NCBI GenBank assembly: GCA_963707215.1
Contig: CAVPPB010000003.1
Location: forward strand, 480,001-544,000
From: an uncultured Chloroflexia bacterium
Lineage (GTDB): Bacteria; Chloroflexota; Limnocylindria; Limnocylindrales; CSP1-4
Direction of reading: 5' to 3'
DNA: 64,000 nucleotides
The notes beneath the pieces were generated by a model. The model ran no database searches. It saw nothing but the letters and a program-made list of their open reading frames with translations, and was not told the origin of the DNA. Below are positions 29,464-41,004 of the stretch, piece after piece. Each line of letters begins with the position of its first letter. Positions within the stretch are counted from its first letter, which is position 1. Made by a program: the position numbers and the translations under genes.

Positions 29464-31551
29464 TCACCCGCCGTCCCTCAGGATGACGAGCCCGTCGACG
29501 GCGATCGTCCGATCGCGGCCGACGAGGATCGGGTTGAGGTCGATGGCCGCGACGCGGGGATGATCGACGCCGAACGCGGCCAGACCGCAGATCGCGTCGA
29601 GCACGCCTTCCTCCGGGATCGCTCCCCCGCGGGCGGTCCGGAGCATCCGGCCGACGACCGTCTCGTCGAGCATCCGGCGAGCCTCGTCCCGGTCGATGCG
29701 GCCCACCCGCACGGCGACCTGGTCCAGGTACTCGGTCCAGATGCCGCCGAGGCCGACAAGGACGACCGGCCCGAACTGGGGGTCGCGCTGGAAGCCGGCG
29801 ATGAGCTCGACCTCGCCCTCGAGCATCTCGGCGACGAGCAGGCGACCCGGGTGCCCCAGGGCTGCGAGCCGCTCGAGGATGGAGGCGGCAGCGTCGCGGA
29901 CCCGATCGGCCGTCCCCAGGCCGACCCGCACCAGGCCCTGCTCGCTCTTGTGGGCGATCTCGGGGCCGACCGCCTTGACGACGACCGGGTAGCCGAGCGA
30001 CTCGGCCGCCCGGACGGCCGCCTCGACGTCCTCCACGATGACGCGCCGGGGCACCGGGATGCCGTACCGAGCGGCTGCCTGGAGGGACGCGTCCTCGTCG
30101 AGCTGCGAGGCACCTCGTCCGATGGCGTCGTCCAGCTCGGGGAGGGCGATCGGCGCCGCGTCCGGGGCCAGGCCCTCCCCCGGCCACTCGGTCCGTCCGG
30201 CGATCTTGGCGATGGCGTCGAGGCCCACCCAGGCGCCGCGAAGGAGCGGGATCCCCTCGGCGTGGCAGAAGGCCGAGAGCTCTGGCGCCGGATCCTGGCT
30301 CGACGGGCTCAGGTAGATGGGGGTCTTGCCGCTGCGTCGGGCGGCGGCGGCGAGGTAGGCGGCGAGGTCGCGGCCCAGCTGGAGCTCGAAGGAGCCGCAG
30401 GTGGTCTGCTGGTCGATCGACATGACCAGGACGTCGCCGTCCTCGGCCGCGGCGGTCTCCAGCGCCTCCGGGTAGATGACCTGGTAGTCGTCCGTCCCCC
30501 AGGGGTCCATCGGGTTGGCGACGTGGAACTGCGGCCAGCGCTCCCGGAGCCGGGCGATCCCGGCGTCGCTCATCGGCGGCAGCTCGATCCCGAGATCCTC
30601 GGCCAGGTCCGCCAGCAGATTCGCCTCGCCGCCGGAGTTGGTGACGACGTGGGCGCGCCGGCCGAGCCGGGTCCGACCGGCCCCCAGCAGCTCGCCGACG
30701 GTGGTCAGCTCGTCGAGGTCGGCGCAGAGGATGGCCCCGACCTGGCGGAGGGCAGAGGCGGCGACCCGGGCGCTGCCGGCGAGCTTGCCGCTGTGGGCGC
30801 GGATCCCCTCCTGGGCGATGGCCGAACGACCGACCTTGCACACGGCCAGCGTCTTGTCGGCCTCGGCGAGGACCCGGGCGGCGTCCAGGAAGCCGAGCGG
30901 GTCGCCGAAGCCCTCCACGAAGGCCAGCACCGCGTCGGTCTCGGGGTCCTCGGCGAAGAAACGGACGTAGTCGGCCAGGCCCGTCCCGGCCTCGGCGCCG
31001 CACGAGACGATCGTCGAGATCGGCACCCTGCCCCCGTTGTTGACGAACGCCTCCACGATGGCGCCGCTCTGGGCGACGATGCCGACCCGCCCGCGGCGCA
31101 CGTGCGGCGGCACGGTGCCGATGTACGGCGCCGCCCCTGTGACCAGGTCGACGAAGCCCATGCAGTTCGGTCCCACCACCGCGACGTCCCGCTCGACCGC
31201 CAGCCGGCGGAGACCGGCGGCCAGCTCCGTCGCCGCGTAGCCGGAGTCGGTGAAGCCCCCACCGGGGACGACGACGGCTCGTGCCCCCACGTCGACGGCC
31301 CGAGTGGCGGTCTCGAGGACGCGCTCGGTGGCCAGCTGGATGAGCACGACGTCCGGTGCCTCATCGAGGGCCTCGAGCGAAGCGACCGCAGCCACCGCAG
31401 CGACGTCGGCGTACTTCGGGTTGACCGGCAGCAGGCGTCCCGTGTAGCCGAGCCGGCGGCAGTTCTCGAGGGCGACCCGCCCGACGAACGTCCGGGGAGT
31501 CGCCCCGACGACCGCGACCGAGCGCGGGCGCAGGACGGGAGTCAGATCCAT
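29464..31551 (-). CDS. ADP-forming acyl-CoA synthetase (fused alpha-beta acetate--CoA ligase family)
   Basis: [44 protein letters not shown]-grasp GYPVVVKA...[14 protein letters not shown] and DLNPI. Confidence 0.88.
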   Translation of the reverse strand: MDLTPVLRPRSVAVVGATPRTFVGRVALENCRRLGYTGRLLPVNPKYADVAAVAAVASLEALDEAPDVVLIQLATERVLETATRAVDVGARAVVVPGGGFTDSGYAATELAAGLRRLAVERDVAVVGPNCMGFVDLVTGAAPYIGTVPPHVRRGRVGIVAQSGAIVEAFVNNGGRVPISTIVSCGAEAGTGLADYVRFFAEDPETDAVLAFVEGFGDPLGFLDAARVLAEADKTLAVCKVGRSAIAQEGIRAHSGKLAGSARVAASALRQVGAILCADLDELTTVGELLGAGRTRLGRRAHVVTNSGGEANLLADLAEDLGIELPPMSDAGIARLRERWPQFHVANPMDPWGTDDYQVIYPEALETAAAEDGDVLVMSIDQQTTCGSFELQLGRDLAAYLAAAARRSGKTPIYLSPSSQDPAPELSAFCHAEGIPLLRGAWVGLDAIAKIAGRTEWPGEGLAPDAAPIALPELDDAIGRGASQLDEDASLQAAARYGIPVPRRVIVEDVEAAVRAAESLGYPVVVKAVGPEIAHKSEQGLVRVGLGTADRVRDAAASILERLAALGHPGRLLVAEMLEGEVELIAGFQRDPQFGPVVLVGLGGIWTEYLDQVAVRVGRIDRDEARRMLDETVVGRMLRTARGGAIPEEGVLDAICGLAAFGVDHPRVAAIDLNPILVGRDRTIAVDGLVILRDGG

Positions 31552-31697
31552 CGCTCGGGCCTCCTGCTCGCCGTCGCGGTCGCCGATGGCGCTGCCGCGC
31601 CGGCCTGCCGCAACGGTACCGCCCCGCCAGCGACCGCGGCCTCCCGGTCGCGACGGGCGGTCGTGGTCGACGCTCGATCCATGGCTCGCCGGGTGGC

Positions 31698-31726
31698 TTG
31701 ACGACGACGGATGCGTCAGGCATCCT
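31698..31726 (+). promoter_or_regulatory. sigma70-type promoter for the met leader
   Basis: TTGACG (31698-31703), 17-nt spacer, CATCCT (31721-31726); the leader ATG follows at 31736. Confidence 0.6.
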
Positions 31727-31735
31727 CCGTCGACC

Positions 31736-33350
<1,615 letters not shown>

Positions 33351-33351
33351 G

Positions 33352-34461
33352 GTGGGCGAGCTCGTCGGGGCCGGTCCGTCGCTGGTGGATCCGGCCACGA
33401 CCTATCGAGGCCCGTCTTCCCGGGCCGAGCCCGCGTCCGGTTCCCCCGCCCTGGGCACCGGCCGCGTGCTCGCCCGACCGCTGGGGCCGTTCCAGCTCGA
33501 ATCCGGCCAGGTCATCCCCGACCTCGTCGTCGCCTATCGCCACGACGGCCCGGCTCCCCCGGCGCCGCAGGTCGTGGTCGTCCACGCGCTGACCGGCTCG
33601 GCCGACGCTGCCGGCGACTGGTGGCAGCCGCTCATCGGGCCCGGTCGATCCCTCGACACGCGCGCCGTCGGGGTGCTCTGCGCCAACCTGCTGGGCGGGC
33701 GGTACGGGACCACCGGGCCGACGTCGGTCGACCCTCGGACCGGCCTGCCCTACGGCCAGGCGTTCCCGACGGTCACGACTCGCGACCAGGCTCGGGCCCT
33801 CTGGACGCTCGCCGACGCGATCGGCATCGAGCGGGTCGCCCTCACGACCGGCGGGTCGCTCGGCGGGATGGTGGCGCTCGAGGTGGCCATCGAGCGGCCG
33901 GACCGGGTCGCCGTGGTCGTCCCGCTGGCGGCACCGGCAGCCACCGGAGCGCTCGCCATCGCCTGGAACCACCTCCAGGTCCGGCTGGTCGAACGGCTCG
34001 GCGCCGAGGGCCTCGCCCTCGCCCGGCAGCTGGCGATGACGACCTACCGGAGCGAGGCCGACTTCGAGGAGCGGTTCGGGCGGCGGTCGGAGGCCGACGG
34101 GCTCCCGTCGGTCGTGAGCTACCTCGAGCACCAGGGCCGGAAGCTGGTCGAGCGGTTCGACCCGGAGACCTATCGGGTGCTGGCGCGGGCGATGGACACC
34201 CACGACGTCGGGCGAGCCCGCGGGGGGCGCGATGCGGCGCTCGGACGCCTGGCACGCTCCGGCGTCCGGCTGGTCGGGGTCGGGATCGAGGGCGACATCC
34301 TCTTCGGCCCGGACCAGGTCCGGGCGCTCGTGGACGCAGCCGCCGGGACCGGCGTAGATGCCGCCTACTGGGAGCTCCGCTCGGTCAAGGGGCACGACGC
34401 CTTCCTCGTCGAGTGGGAGCAGCTGGGAGAGGTCCTCGACGGAGCCCTCACGGCAGCCTGA
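33352..34461 (+). CDS. metX: homoserine O-acetyltransferase
   Basis: HALTGS, WW..LIGPG, C.NLLGG..GTTGP, GGSLGGM, LARQLAM.TYRS and GHDAFL; start approximate. Confidence 0.88.
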   Translation: MGELVGAGPSLVDPATTYRGPSSRAEPASGSPALGTGRVLARPLGPFQLESGQVIPDLVVAYRHDGPAPPAPQVVVVHALTGSADAAGDWWQPLIGPGRSLDTRAVGVLCANLLGGRYGTTGPTSVDPRTGLPYGQAFPTVTTRDQARALWTLADAIGIERVALTTGGSLGGMVALEVAIERPDRVAVVVPLAAPAATGALAIAWNHLQVRLVERLGAEGLALARQLAMTTYRSEADFEERFGRRSEADGLPSVVSYLEHQGRKLVERFDPETYRVLARAMDTHDVGRARGGRDAALGRLARSGVRLVGVGIEGDILFGPDQVRALVDAAAGTGVDAAYWELRSVKGHDAFLVEWEQLGEVLDGALTAA

Positions 34462-34735
34462 GGCACCACGAGCCGACCTCAGTCGAGGGTCCGGGGTGAC
34501 CGGTACCGTCGCGGGATTGGAGGGCTCGGTCCCGGCGCCTACGGTCGTCCGGTCATGCACTCCACCGCTCGCCACCCGCGCTTCCTGGTGCCGCGTCGTC
34601 TGCTCCACTATCGCCATGCCGAGATCGTCCGCGAGCCCGGGGCCGATGCAAGCGAACCTCCGTCGGGTCCGGTGATCCCCGTCCGCGCCGGCCCGACGGC
34701 CGGACCGCTGTCGCCAGCGCACGAGCCGTCCCGCG

Positions 34736-35293
34736 ATGCTGACCGCCCGTAGCGGCCCAGGCCGACCCGGGCCAACGCCGAGCGGCCTGCCCGTCTGCCT
34801 CCAGTGCGGGGTCCCCGCCGGTCGACCCGGAACAGCGACCTGTCGACGCTGCGGCCTTCCCTATGGGGCGTCACCCCGCGAGTCCGGTGAGCTGGCCGTC
34901 TGTCCGATCTGCTACCGGAGCACCGACGATGACGGGCGGCTGGCATCCCTGGCGGCTATCGGGCGCCGGCTCGACCTCGTCGCCCACGTCGCGGAGCACG
35001 ACCGCTTCCCGGTCGGGGACGACGAGTGGCTGGAGTCGCTCCGGCAGGGCGATCGGATCCGCATCGGTCGCTGGACGGCCGCCTTCGACCTGGTCCGCCG
35101 CTACCTCGTGACCGGCGTCGTCGACGGGGGACGGACACGCCGCGAGCAGCACGACACCCTGATCTTGGCGATGACCCAGCTGGCGCGCTGGGGAGCGCCA
35201 GGCGGCAGCCTCGTCGGCGACCAGCCCGAGTGGGCCGAGGCCCGGGACGCCGTGGCCCAGGCCATGGAGCGGTATCACCGGGGTCGCGCCTAG
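34736..35293 (+). CDS. hypothetical zinc-binding protein
   Basis: CLQC...CRRC ribbon, then CPIC...HVAEH; coding-like composition. Confidence 0.55.
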   Translation: MLTARSGPGRPGPTPSGLPVCLQCGVPAGRPGTATCRRCGLPYGASPRESGELAVCPICYRSTDDDGRLASLAAIGRRLDLVAHVAEHDRFPVGDDEWLESLRQGDRIRIGRWTAAFDLVRRYLVTGVVDGGRTRREQHDTLILAMTQLARWGAPGGSLVGDQPEWAEARDAVAQAMERYHRGRA

Positions 35294-35484
35294 CAAGGTC
35301 CCTGGGCCGGTCACGGCGTGGCGCGATCACACGGACGGACCCGGCGCCGAAGAAGCCACGCCCCGCCGTGACCGGGGTCCGACCGGACGGCCGAGCGGGT
35401 GCCGAGCGGCCCTCGCCCGGCTCCACCGGCGGCCCTACGTTGCACGGGCGGGCCGGGCGATGCCTTCGGCCCGGGGAGGTGGGC

Positions 35485-36024
35485 GTGAAACGGAACGATC
35501 AATGGGTGGGTGGGGCCGTCCTCATCGCCATCGGGGCCGCGCTCCTGCTGGGCCAATACGTGGGTGACGCCGGGCGGTTCATCCTCCTGGGGCTGGGCCT
35601 CGTCCTGCTGGTCCTCTTCGTCGCCAGCCGCAACCCCGGTGCACTCATCGGCGGCGGGATCGTCACCGGCCTGGGCGTCGGCGTGCTTCTGGCCACCGAG
35701 CTCCAGGACGAGGCCGCCGGTGCCGCGGTCCTGCTTGGCCTCGGCGGCGGGTTCATCGGTGTCTGGCTCGTCGGCACCCTGTTCCGGATGGAGGAGACCC
35801 GGATCTGGCCGCTCATCCCCGGCGCCATCATGATCACCATCGGCCTCGCACTGCTCGCAGGGACCGAGGCGCTCGAGACGCTCGAGTGGCTGTGGCCGGT
35901 CATCCTCATCGGCCTGGGTGTCATCGTCCTGGTCGGGGCGCTCGTCCGACGCGGCCCCAGCCAGGCGGACTCCGGGACCACGGCCGGCACGGACCAGGTC
36001 GGCGGCTCCGACACCTCAGCCTGA
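35485..36024 (+). CDS. multi-pass membrane protein (LiaF/LiaI-like TM region)
   Basis: GGAGG RBS before GTG 35485; several TM helices; WLWPVILIGLG motif. Confidence 0.7.
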   Translation: MKRNDQWVGGAVLIAIGAALLLGQYVGDAGRFILLGLGLVLLVLFVASRNPGALIGGGIVTGLGVGVLLATELQDEAAGAAVLLGLGGGFIGVWLVGTLFRMEETRIWPLIPGAIMITIGLALLAGTEALETLEWLWPVILIGLGVIVLVGALVRRGPSQADSGTTAGTDQVGGSDTSA

Positions 36025-36127
36025 GCCGATCGCACCCATCCGATGGCCGGGTCGGGCGCCGAGCCCGCCGGGCACCTCTTCGCAGGGCCGCATCCGGCCG
36101 CCGCTGGGGTATCATCCGGCTGGTCGC

Positions 36128-36202
36128 TGGCGCGTGGCTCAACGGTAGAGCACCTGACTCTGGATCAGGGGGTTCCAGGTTCGAATCCTGGCGCGCCAGC
36201 CA
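36128..36202 (+). tRNA. tRNA-Gln (CTG)
   Basis: Acceptor stem TGGCGCG/CGCGCCA, anticodon arm CCTGA-CTCTGGA-TCAGG, T-loop GGTTCGAATCC and an encoded CCA. Confidence 0.96.
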
Positions 36203-36276
36203 ACTCCTCCGGGGAGTGTGGTGCGTCCTCCCGTGAGCCGCGACTCCTCCCGCCCAGGTCGCAGGAGCCGCCCGCG

Positions 36277-37999
36277 ATGACCTACGAACCCACCGCCCCG
36301 TCCGCCGACCCGTCCCCCACCCCGGAACGGCGCGACTTCATCCGCGAGATCGTGGCCGCCGACGTCGCGGCCGGTCGGATCGCGGTGCCGGTCACCCGCT
36401 TCCCTCCCGAGCCGAACGGCTATCTCCACATCGGCCACGCCAAGTCGATCTGCCTGAACTTCGGCATCGCCCAGGAGTTCGAGGGGCGTTGCCACCTCCG
36501 CTTCGACGACACGAACCCGGTCAAGGAGGAGCAGGAGTACCTTGACGCCATCGAGGCGGACGTCCGCTGGCTGGGCTTCGACTGGGGCGAGCACCTCTAC
36601 CATGCCTCGGACTACTTCGAGCAGCTCTATGAGTGGGCGGTCCACCTGATCCGGACGGGTCACGCCTACGTGGACGACCTCTCGGCCGACGAGATCCGTC
36701 GGCACCGCGGCACGCTCACCGAGCCCGGCCGGGACAGTCCCTGGCGCGAGCCGGCAGGTCGAGGAGAGCCTCGACCTGCTCGAGCGGATGCGGTCCGGTG
36801 AGTTCCCCGACGGTGCCCGGGTCCTGCGCGCCCGGATCGACATGGCCTCGCCGAACATCAACCTCCGGGACCCCGTCCTCTACCGGATCGTCCACGCCAG
36901 CCATCCGCGGACCGGAGACGCCTGGTGCGTCTATCCGACCTACGACTTCGCCCACGGCCAGTCCGACGCCATCGAGGGCATCAGTCACTCGATCTGCACA
37001 CTCGAGTTCGAGGCCCACCGGCCCCTGTACGACTGGCTCATCGAGCACCTGCCGGTGCCGTCGCGGCCGCGGCAGTATGAGTTCGCCCGGCTCAACCTGA
37101 CCCACACGGTCCTCTCGAAGCGAGTCCTCAAGCGTCTCGTCGACGAGGGGCACGTCCGCGGCTGGGACGACCCGCGGATGCCGACGATCTCAGGCCTGCG
37201 CCGGCGGGGCTTCCCCCCGGAGGGCATCCGCGACTTCGCGGCGACGATCGGGGTGGCCAAGACGGACAGCGTGATCGAGGTCGGAGTCCTGGAGCATGCG
37301 GTCCGCGCCGTTCTCAACCGGACGGCCTCACGGCGGTTCGGCGTGCTCGACCCTCTCAAGGTCGTCATCGAGGACTACCCGGAGGGCCGGGTCGAGCACC
37401 TGGCGGTCCCCAACAACCCGGAGGACCCGACGGCAGGGGCCCGGGAGGTCGCGTTCTCCCGCGAGCTCTGGATCGAGCGCGAGGACTTCATGGAGGAGCC
37501 GCCGCCCAAGTTCTTCCGCCTGGCGCCAGGGCGCGAGGTACGCCTGCGGTCGGCCTACCTCGTCACCTGTCGCGAGGTCGTCAAGGACGAGTCCGGCAGG
37601 GTCGTGGAGCTGCGCTGCACCTACGACCCGGCTACCCGGGGCGGCGACGCTCCCGACGGCCGGCGCCCCAAGGCGACCCTGCACTGGCTGTCGGCGACCC
37701 ACGCGATCCCGGCCGAGGTCCGCCTCTACGGCTACCTGTTCCGCAACCCACTGCCCGGCGCCGACGGCCGCGACCTGTTCGACGATCTTGACCCGGCGTC
37801 GGAGACCGTGATCGAGGGCTGCCTCGTCGAGCCGAGCCTGGCCGAGGTGCCGATCGGCCAGACGGTCCAGCTCGAGCGGCTGGGCTACTTCACCCCCGAT
37901 CCCGATTCGACGCCCGAGCGTCTCGTGCTCGACCGGACGCTGACCCTCAGGGACACCTGGGCCAAGGTCCAGGCGAAGGGCCGCCCCGGGGGACGCTGA
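36277..37999 (+). CDS. glnS: glutamine--tRNA ligase (one apparent frameshift at ~36750)
   Basis: [23 protein letters not shown] and RFDDTNP, then in a second frame [21 protein letters not shown] and QLERLGYF. Confidence 0.92.
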
Positions 38000-38254
38000 G
38001 CGCCCGAACCTGACCGACCGTCAGGGTCCCAGGGGCCGAAGGTCCGGGCTGATCCTCGGCGCCAGTGGTTCCCCGCCCGAGGACCCAGCTCGGCAGCCCT
38101 CCGGCCCGACGAGGCCAGCGGCCCTATCCGACGGGGGCCGGTCGGGCCCCGGCCCCCGGGTCGTCCGGCCCTACATCCCCCCTGCCCGGCTGTGGTCAGG
38201 TGTACCTGCGTCCCCAGTCGACGCGCGACTCCGTGCGCGTCCCAACGGGTCGTC

Positions 38255-39031
38255 ATGAAGATCGCCATCTCGGGTAAGGGCGGGGCCGGCAAGACTACGA
38301 TCGCCGCACTCATCGCCGGGGAGCTCGTGCGGCGGGGCTATCGGGTCACCGCGATCGACGCGGACCCGAACCCGACGCTCGCCACCGGCCTGGGCTTCCC
38401 GCCCGAGCCGATCACCCCGCTGTTCGAGATGGCCGACGAGATCGAGGACCGCGTCGGCGGGGACGGGGTCATCCGGCTCAATCCACGGGTCGACGACCTG
38501 GTCGAGCGCATCGCGGTGACCCGCGAAGGTCTCGAGGGCCTCCAGCTGGTCGTCGCCGGCGGGGTCACCCGCGGCGGGGCCGGCTGCGCCTGCCCCCAGG
38601 GGATCCTCCTTCGTCGCCTCCTCGAGCACGTCGTACTGGGCCTGGAAGAGGCCGTGATCATCGACCTCGAGGCCGGCCTCGAGCACCTCGGACGGCGGAC
38701 CGCCCAGGCCGCCGACGCGCTGCTCATCGTCGTCGATCCCACGAACGCGGGGGTCGAGACGGCCGGCCGCATCCGACGATTGGCCGGCGACATCGGCATG
38801 GAGCGCATCGCGCTCATCGCCAACCGGGTCGTCGACCCGTCGGACCTTGCCTTCATCTCGGAGCGGCTGCCCGACCTCGAGGTGGTCGGCGCCATCCCCT
38901 ACAGCCAGGCCGTGCTCGCCGCCGAGCGAGCCGGCGCCCCACTCATCGGACTGGATGGAGCGGTCGGACCGGCGGTCGTCGACCTCGTCGACCACCTGGC
39001 CACCGGAACACGGGAAGAGGTGCGAACGTGA
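38255..39031 (+). CDS. cooC: CO dehydrogenase nickel-insertion ATPase
   Basis: MKIAISGKGGAGKTT, IDADP, GCACP and DLEAGLEHLGR. Confidence 0.92.
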   Translation: MKIAISGKGGAGKTTIAALIAGELVRRGYRVTAIDADPNPTLATGLGFPPEPITPLFEMADEIEDRVGGDGVIRLNPRVDDLVERIAVTREGLEGLQLVVAGGVTRGGAGCACPQGILLRRLLEHVVLGLEEAVIIDLEAGLEHLGRRTAQAADALLIVVDPTNAGVETAGRIRRLAGDIGMERIALIANRVVDPSDLAFISERLPDLEVVGAIPYSQAVLAAERAGAPLIGLDGAVGPAVVDLVDHLATGTREEVRT

Positions 39032-40989
39032 ACGAGCTCGAATCCCCGCCTTCGCGGACCGACCCAGCCAGCATCGCGATGCGCGAGCGGGCCAAGGCGG
39101 AGGGGGTCGAGACGATCTGGGACCGCTACGCCGCCCTGGGCACCCAGTGCAAGGTCGGCGAGCTGGGCATCTGCTGCACGGTCTGCCACCTGGGACCGTG
39201 CAATCTCGGCCTGCCGGGGAGCAAGCGGCCGCAGGTTGGCGTCTGCGGCGCGACCATCGACACGGTCGCCGCCCGTCGGCTGGCCCGCGACATGGCGGCC
39301 GGCTCGGCCGCCCACTCCGACCATGGTCGGTCGGTGGCCAACCTGCTCCTCAAGGCGGCCCGCGGCGAGGCGCCCGGCTACCGGATCGCCGACGCCGCGA
39401 AGCTCAACGCCCTGGCCGACGAGCTGGGCGTGGCCCGCGACGGAAGGCCGGTCGAGCAGGTCGCCGAGGAGGTCGCGGAGGCCTGCCTCGCGCAGTTCGG
39501 GCAGCAGGAGGGCGCCATCGCCTTCGTCGGCCGGGCGCCCGAGAAGCAGCGCCAGGACTGGGAGCAGCACGACATCACCCCGCGCGGCATCGACCGCGAG
39601 GTCGTCGACGTCATGCACCGCACCAACATGGGCGTCGACGCCGACTACAAGAGCCTGGTCCTGGGTGGCATGCGCAGCACCCTGGCCGACGGCTGGGGCG
39701 GGTCGATGGTCGCGACCGACCTCCAGGACGTCCTGTTCGGGACGCCGAAGCCGATCCGGGCCAAGGTGAACCTCGGGGTCCTCCGGGAGGACGCCGTCAA
39801 CATCCTCATCCACGGCCATGAGCCCGCCCTCGCGGAGGCGATCGTCGACGCGGCGACCGACCCCGAGATGCTCGAGGCCGCCAAGGCCCAGGGCGCCGCC
39901 GACATCAACGTCGCGGGCATCTGCTGCACGGCCAACGAGGTCCTGATGCGCCGGGGCGTGCCGGTGGCCGGGAACTTCCTCCAGCAGGAGCTGGCCATCG
40001 TCAGCGGGGCCGTCGAGGCGATGCTCATCGACGTCCAGTGCATCATGCCGGGCGTCGCCCAGGCAGCCGGCTGCTTCCACACGGAGGTCATCGCGACCTC
40101 CGAGCAGGCCCATTTCCCGGGGACCCGCCACGTCCCCTTCTCCGCCGAGACGGCCTACGAGAGCGCTCACGAGATCGTCAGTCGGGCGGTCGCCAACTTC
40201 GCCCGCCGGGACCGCGCTCGGGTCGCCATCCCGGACCACCAGATGGACGTGGTGGCCGGCTTCACGACCGAGTCGATCACCCGGATGCTGGGCGGGACGT
40301 ACCGCGGCGGCTACCGGCCCCTCAACGACGGGATCATGGCCGGGAGGATCCGCGGCGTCGCCGCGGTCGTCGGCTGCGACAGCCCCAAGCGCGCCCAGGA
40401 CGAGGGCCACCTCGACCTGGTCCTCGAGCTGATCAGCCGCGACGTCCTGGTGGCCCAGACGGGCTGCTCGGCCATCGCCTGTGGCAAGGCCGGGCTGCTC
40501 CGGCCCGAGGCGGCCCTCGAGCACGCTGGGCCCGGCCTCCGCGAGATCTGCGAGGCGGTCGGCATCCCGCCGGTCCTCCACGTCGGCTCGTGCGTCGACA
40601 ACAGCCGCCTCCTGACGGTCTGCATGGAGATGGTCAAGGAGGGCGGCGTGGGCCGCGACTTCAGCGAGCTGCCGGTCGCCGCCGCCGCCCCGGGCTGGTG
40701 GTCGGAGAAGGCCATCGCCATCGGCTTCTACGCCGTGGCCTCGGGACTCCTCACGGTCCTCGGCTCGCCGCTCAACATCCTCGGCAGCGAGGCCGTGACC
40801 CGCTTCGTCACCGAGGAGCTGGAGGACCTGGTCGGCGGGCGGTTCGCCTTCGAGCCGGACGCCGCCAAGGCCGCCGACCTGATCGCCGCGCATCTCGACC
40901 GCAAGCGGGAGGCGCTGAAGCTACGACCGATGCTCTACGAACCGGTGGCGGCCGCCGCCCCGGTCCTCGAGCCGGTCGCAACCGCCTGA
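39028..40989 (+). CDS. cooS: anaerobic Ni,Fe-CO dehydrogenase catalytic subunit (CooS/AcsA)
   Basis: D/B-cluster QC..G..GICC..C.LGPC...GVCG; C-cluster ligands HGHEP, ICCTANE, DVQC, VGC, TGC and GSCVDN; SEKA. Confidence 0.96.
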   Translation: MNELESPPSRTDPASIAMRERAKAEGVETIWDRYAALGTQCKVGELGICCTVCHLGPCNLGLPGSKRPQVGVCGATIDTVAARRLARDMAAGSAAHSDHGRSVANLLLKAARGEAPGYRIADAAKLNALADELGVARDGRPVEQVAEEVAEACLAQFGQQEGAIAFVGRAPEKQRQDWEQHDITPRGIDREVVDVMHRTNMGVDADYKSLVLGGMRSTLADGWGGSMVATDLQDVLFGTPKPIRAKVNLGVLREDAVNILIHGHEPALAEAIVDAATDPEMLEAAKAQGAADINVAGICCTANEVLMRRGVPVAGNFLQQELAIVSGAVEAMLIDVQCIMPGVAQAAGCFHTEVIATSEQAHFPGTRHVPFSAETAYESAHEIVSRAVANFARRDRARVAIPDHQMDVVAGFTTESITRMLGGTYRGGYRPLNDGIMAGRIRGVAAVVGCDSPKRAQDEGHLDLVLELISRDVLVAQTGCSAIACGKAGLLRPEAALEHAGPGLREICEAVGIPPVLHVGSCVDNSRLLTVCMEMVKEGGVGRDFSELPVAAAAPGWWSEKAIAIGFYAVASGLLTVLGSPLNILGSEAVTRFVTEELEDLVGGRFAFEPDAAKAADLIAAHLDRKREALKLRPMLYEPVAAAAPVLEPVATA

Positions 40990-41004
40990 CCGGAGGCAGA
41001 AGAC

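Noticed and set aside
36740-36765. Programmed frameshift in glnS
   Set aside because: No slippery sequence, and similar indels occur in unrelated genes, so sequencing error is more likely.
38197-38208. Near-palindrome CAGGTGTACCTG upstream of cooC as a CooA/CRP/Rex site
   Set aside because: It is too short and does not match TGTGA-N6-TCACA or the Rex consensus; chance occurrence is likely.
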